A DNA stretch of 64,000 bases, taken from the sequence record OQ870555.1, one strand, 5' to 3'. The position numbers and the translations under genes were made by a program. Below the pieces are notes generated by a model, which was not told where the DNA came from, did no database searches, and saw nothing but the letters and a program-made list of their open reading frames with translations. The stretch is from Escherichia phage PECP14. This document shows, in pieces, positions 62,591 to 64,000 of this stretch (the first letter of the stretch is position 1; each line of letters starts with the position of its first letter).

Positions 62591-62933
62591 AGTATATATT
62601 CTTGCAAATAGGGATCTGACGAAGATCCCTAAGAGAACAAAGATCGGTATTAGTATGAATCCACATAATAGGATTCAAACACTAAACTTAGATAAGATAG
62701 TTTATCGAGGTTTTGACGATCTATATGTATATGGAATCTATGAAACCCACAATCCTAGAGATCTAGAAGCCGCTGCACATATCTACTTTAAGAAATACCG
62801 CTGTAACTTAAAAGGATTCGAAGGATGCACAGAGTTCTTTGATATTCACCCACAACTTGCAGAACGATTCCTATTAAATACAGGAGCCAAGAAGATTTAC
62901 GAACCCAATATCAATCTCGAAGAGGATGTATAA
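62577..62933 (+). CDS. GIY-YIG-like (T5orf172-type) domain protein
   Basis: YKVYILAN...KIGISMNPHNRIQTLN resembles GIY-YIG/T5orf172 core. Confidence 0.45.
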   Translation: MSLYKVYILANRDLTKIPKRTKIGISMNPHNRIQTLNLDKIVYRGFDDLYVYGIYETHNPRDLEAAAHIYFKKYRCNLKGFEGCTEFFDIHPQLAERFLLNTGAKKIYEPNINLEEDV

Positions 62934-62950
62934 ACGTTAACAAAATCTTC

Positions 62951-62980
62951 TTGACAACTCATTGCGGCACATGTTATAAT
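62951..62980 (+). promoter_or_regulatory. sigma70 consensus-like promoter facing the repeat region
   Basis: TTGACA-18-TATAAT; no ORF downstream within the window. Confidence 0.5.
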
Positions 62981-63256
62981 AATCTCATAGATTAAAAACA
63001 ACTCTTGTTTTGAACTCTAGGGGCGATGATTATTACACTTAGTATTACGTCTATACGTTGCGACAGCACGAGTATAGATCTAATTACTAAGTCTTCCGTA
63101 ATACTCACGCGCCCCACGGGTAAGCTCTCATGAAATGGGGGCTACTTTACTTTTTTATTTATATGAATATATTTAAAGGCAATATTTGTGTTCAAGATGA
63201 TACACTTGTTGCCTCCGCTCTTCCTAGGATGGCACAACACTTTCTAGTAGACTCCT

Positions 63257-63880
63257 AAGTTTCTAGGAAAACTCTTGCATTCTAGGGCAGTTTCTCACCT
63301 ACTATAAATATCCTAGGCCGGTTTCCTATACAGGGCGGTTATAGGGAGGGCGGTTATTTCTAGAAGACATTTTTCCAAAACACATTTCTGGAAATTGCTA
63401 TCGGATTTGCACATTATGTTTCTAGAAATTTATGGTCGGATTTGCACATTGATAGGAGTCTCCGAAGTTTTTAGGAACACTGAAAATAGCAGCATTATTT
63501 CGGGCCGAAGGCCCATGATTGCCTGAGTTTTTAGAGCCACAGGAATTTTCACTTGTCAAGCGATTTTGCCCCATTTTGCTAATAAAATTTCGCAGAATCT
63601 CCACTAATCTCAATTCTAGCCAAAACATCTCACATTATCCCCAAAAACGCAGCAAATCGGTGCTAAAGCACCAACACCGCTGCTCCTCTCGTAGTTCCTC
63701 CCAAAATCTCGTCGAATTCGCACTTCTCCCCAAACTCACACAATCACACACCCTCTCATCGAAGTCACAAAAATCTTGTCGGATTCGCACACCTTAACAC
63801 TTGCCAGATTTGCACATATTCTAGCTAATTCCACAAGAATCGAGCCGCGCTCGTGATTGCTGGAGTTTTTAGGAAAATTC
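63257..63880 (+). repeat. second dispersed repeat family (A/G)AGTTT(T/C)TAG(G/A)
   Basis: copies near 63257, 63463, 63525, 63862; plus GGGCGGTTAT tandem pair at 63335-63358 and GGGCCGAAGGCCC hairpin at 63501-63515. Confidence 0.55.
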
Positions 63881-64000
63881 ATTGTCGGATTCGCACATAT
63901 AAAAAATATTTCCCATCGGATTTGCACACTACCAAAAATTGTCGGATTCGCACATGCACGCTGGCACGTAATCCGTGGGGGCAAATGTCGGATTTGCACA
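63401..64000 (+). repeat. array of 8 direct copies of a ~15-bp motif (T)GTCGGAT(T/C)(T/C)GCACA
   Basis: copies near 63401, 63435, 63777, 63807 (partial), 63883, 63915, 63939, 63986; same orientation, irregular spacing, no ORF. Confidence 0.7.

Noticed and set aside
63422-63999. Minus-strand ORFs of 68 and 87 aa with recurring CANPT peptide
   Set aside because: The recurring peptide is just the translated repeat motif; no start context; region is better explained as a non-coding repeat array
63401-64000. Possible CRISPR array
   Set aside because: Repeats are ~15 bp, irregularly spaced (24-340 bp apart) and imperfect, with no cas genes; not CRISPR architecture
1-64000. rRNA genes, integrase/transposase or prophage att sites
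   Set aside because: No rRNA-like conserved blocks, no recombinase motifs, and no flanking direct repeats; the window reads as lytic phage DNA throughout

Overview
This window reads as the early/replication region of a T5-like siphovirus (Tequintavirus-type), identified by gene content and motifs only; no database search was run. Positions 29-16453 are transcribed leftward (minus strand): DNA primase, DnaB-like helicase, an NAD-dependent DNA ligase split into two ORFs, a large SF2/origin-binding-type helicase, a Sir2-like protein and anaerobic ribonucleotide reductase NrdD. From a divergent promoter region (16454-16805) onward, genes run rightward: PhoH, NrdA, an HNH endonuclease inserted before NrdB, DHFR, thymidylate synthase, RNase H, a NadR-like/PnuC NAD-salvage pair, about 30 tRNA genes interleaved with small ORFs (35.8-45.0 kb), a GrcA-like glycyl-radical cofactor, dNMP kinase, a holin-like/endolysin pair and two metallophosphatases. 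A ~60-bp promoter-leader cassette (TTGCTT-17-TATAAT plus a conserved leader ending in a GAGAGG Shine-Dalgarno) recurs more than 25 times. The most unusual features are several promoter-driven GC-rich stretches with no ORFs (largest 29570-30381), a convergently transcribed two-gene low-complexity module (31960-33400), and a gene-free repeat array at 63.3-64.0 kb. All tRNA folds, promoters and domain calls were made by eye and need tool confirmation.
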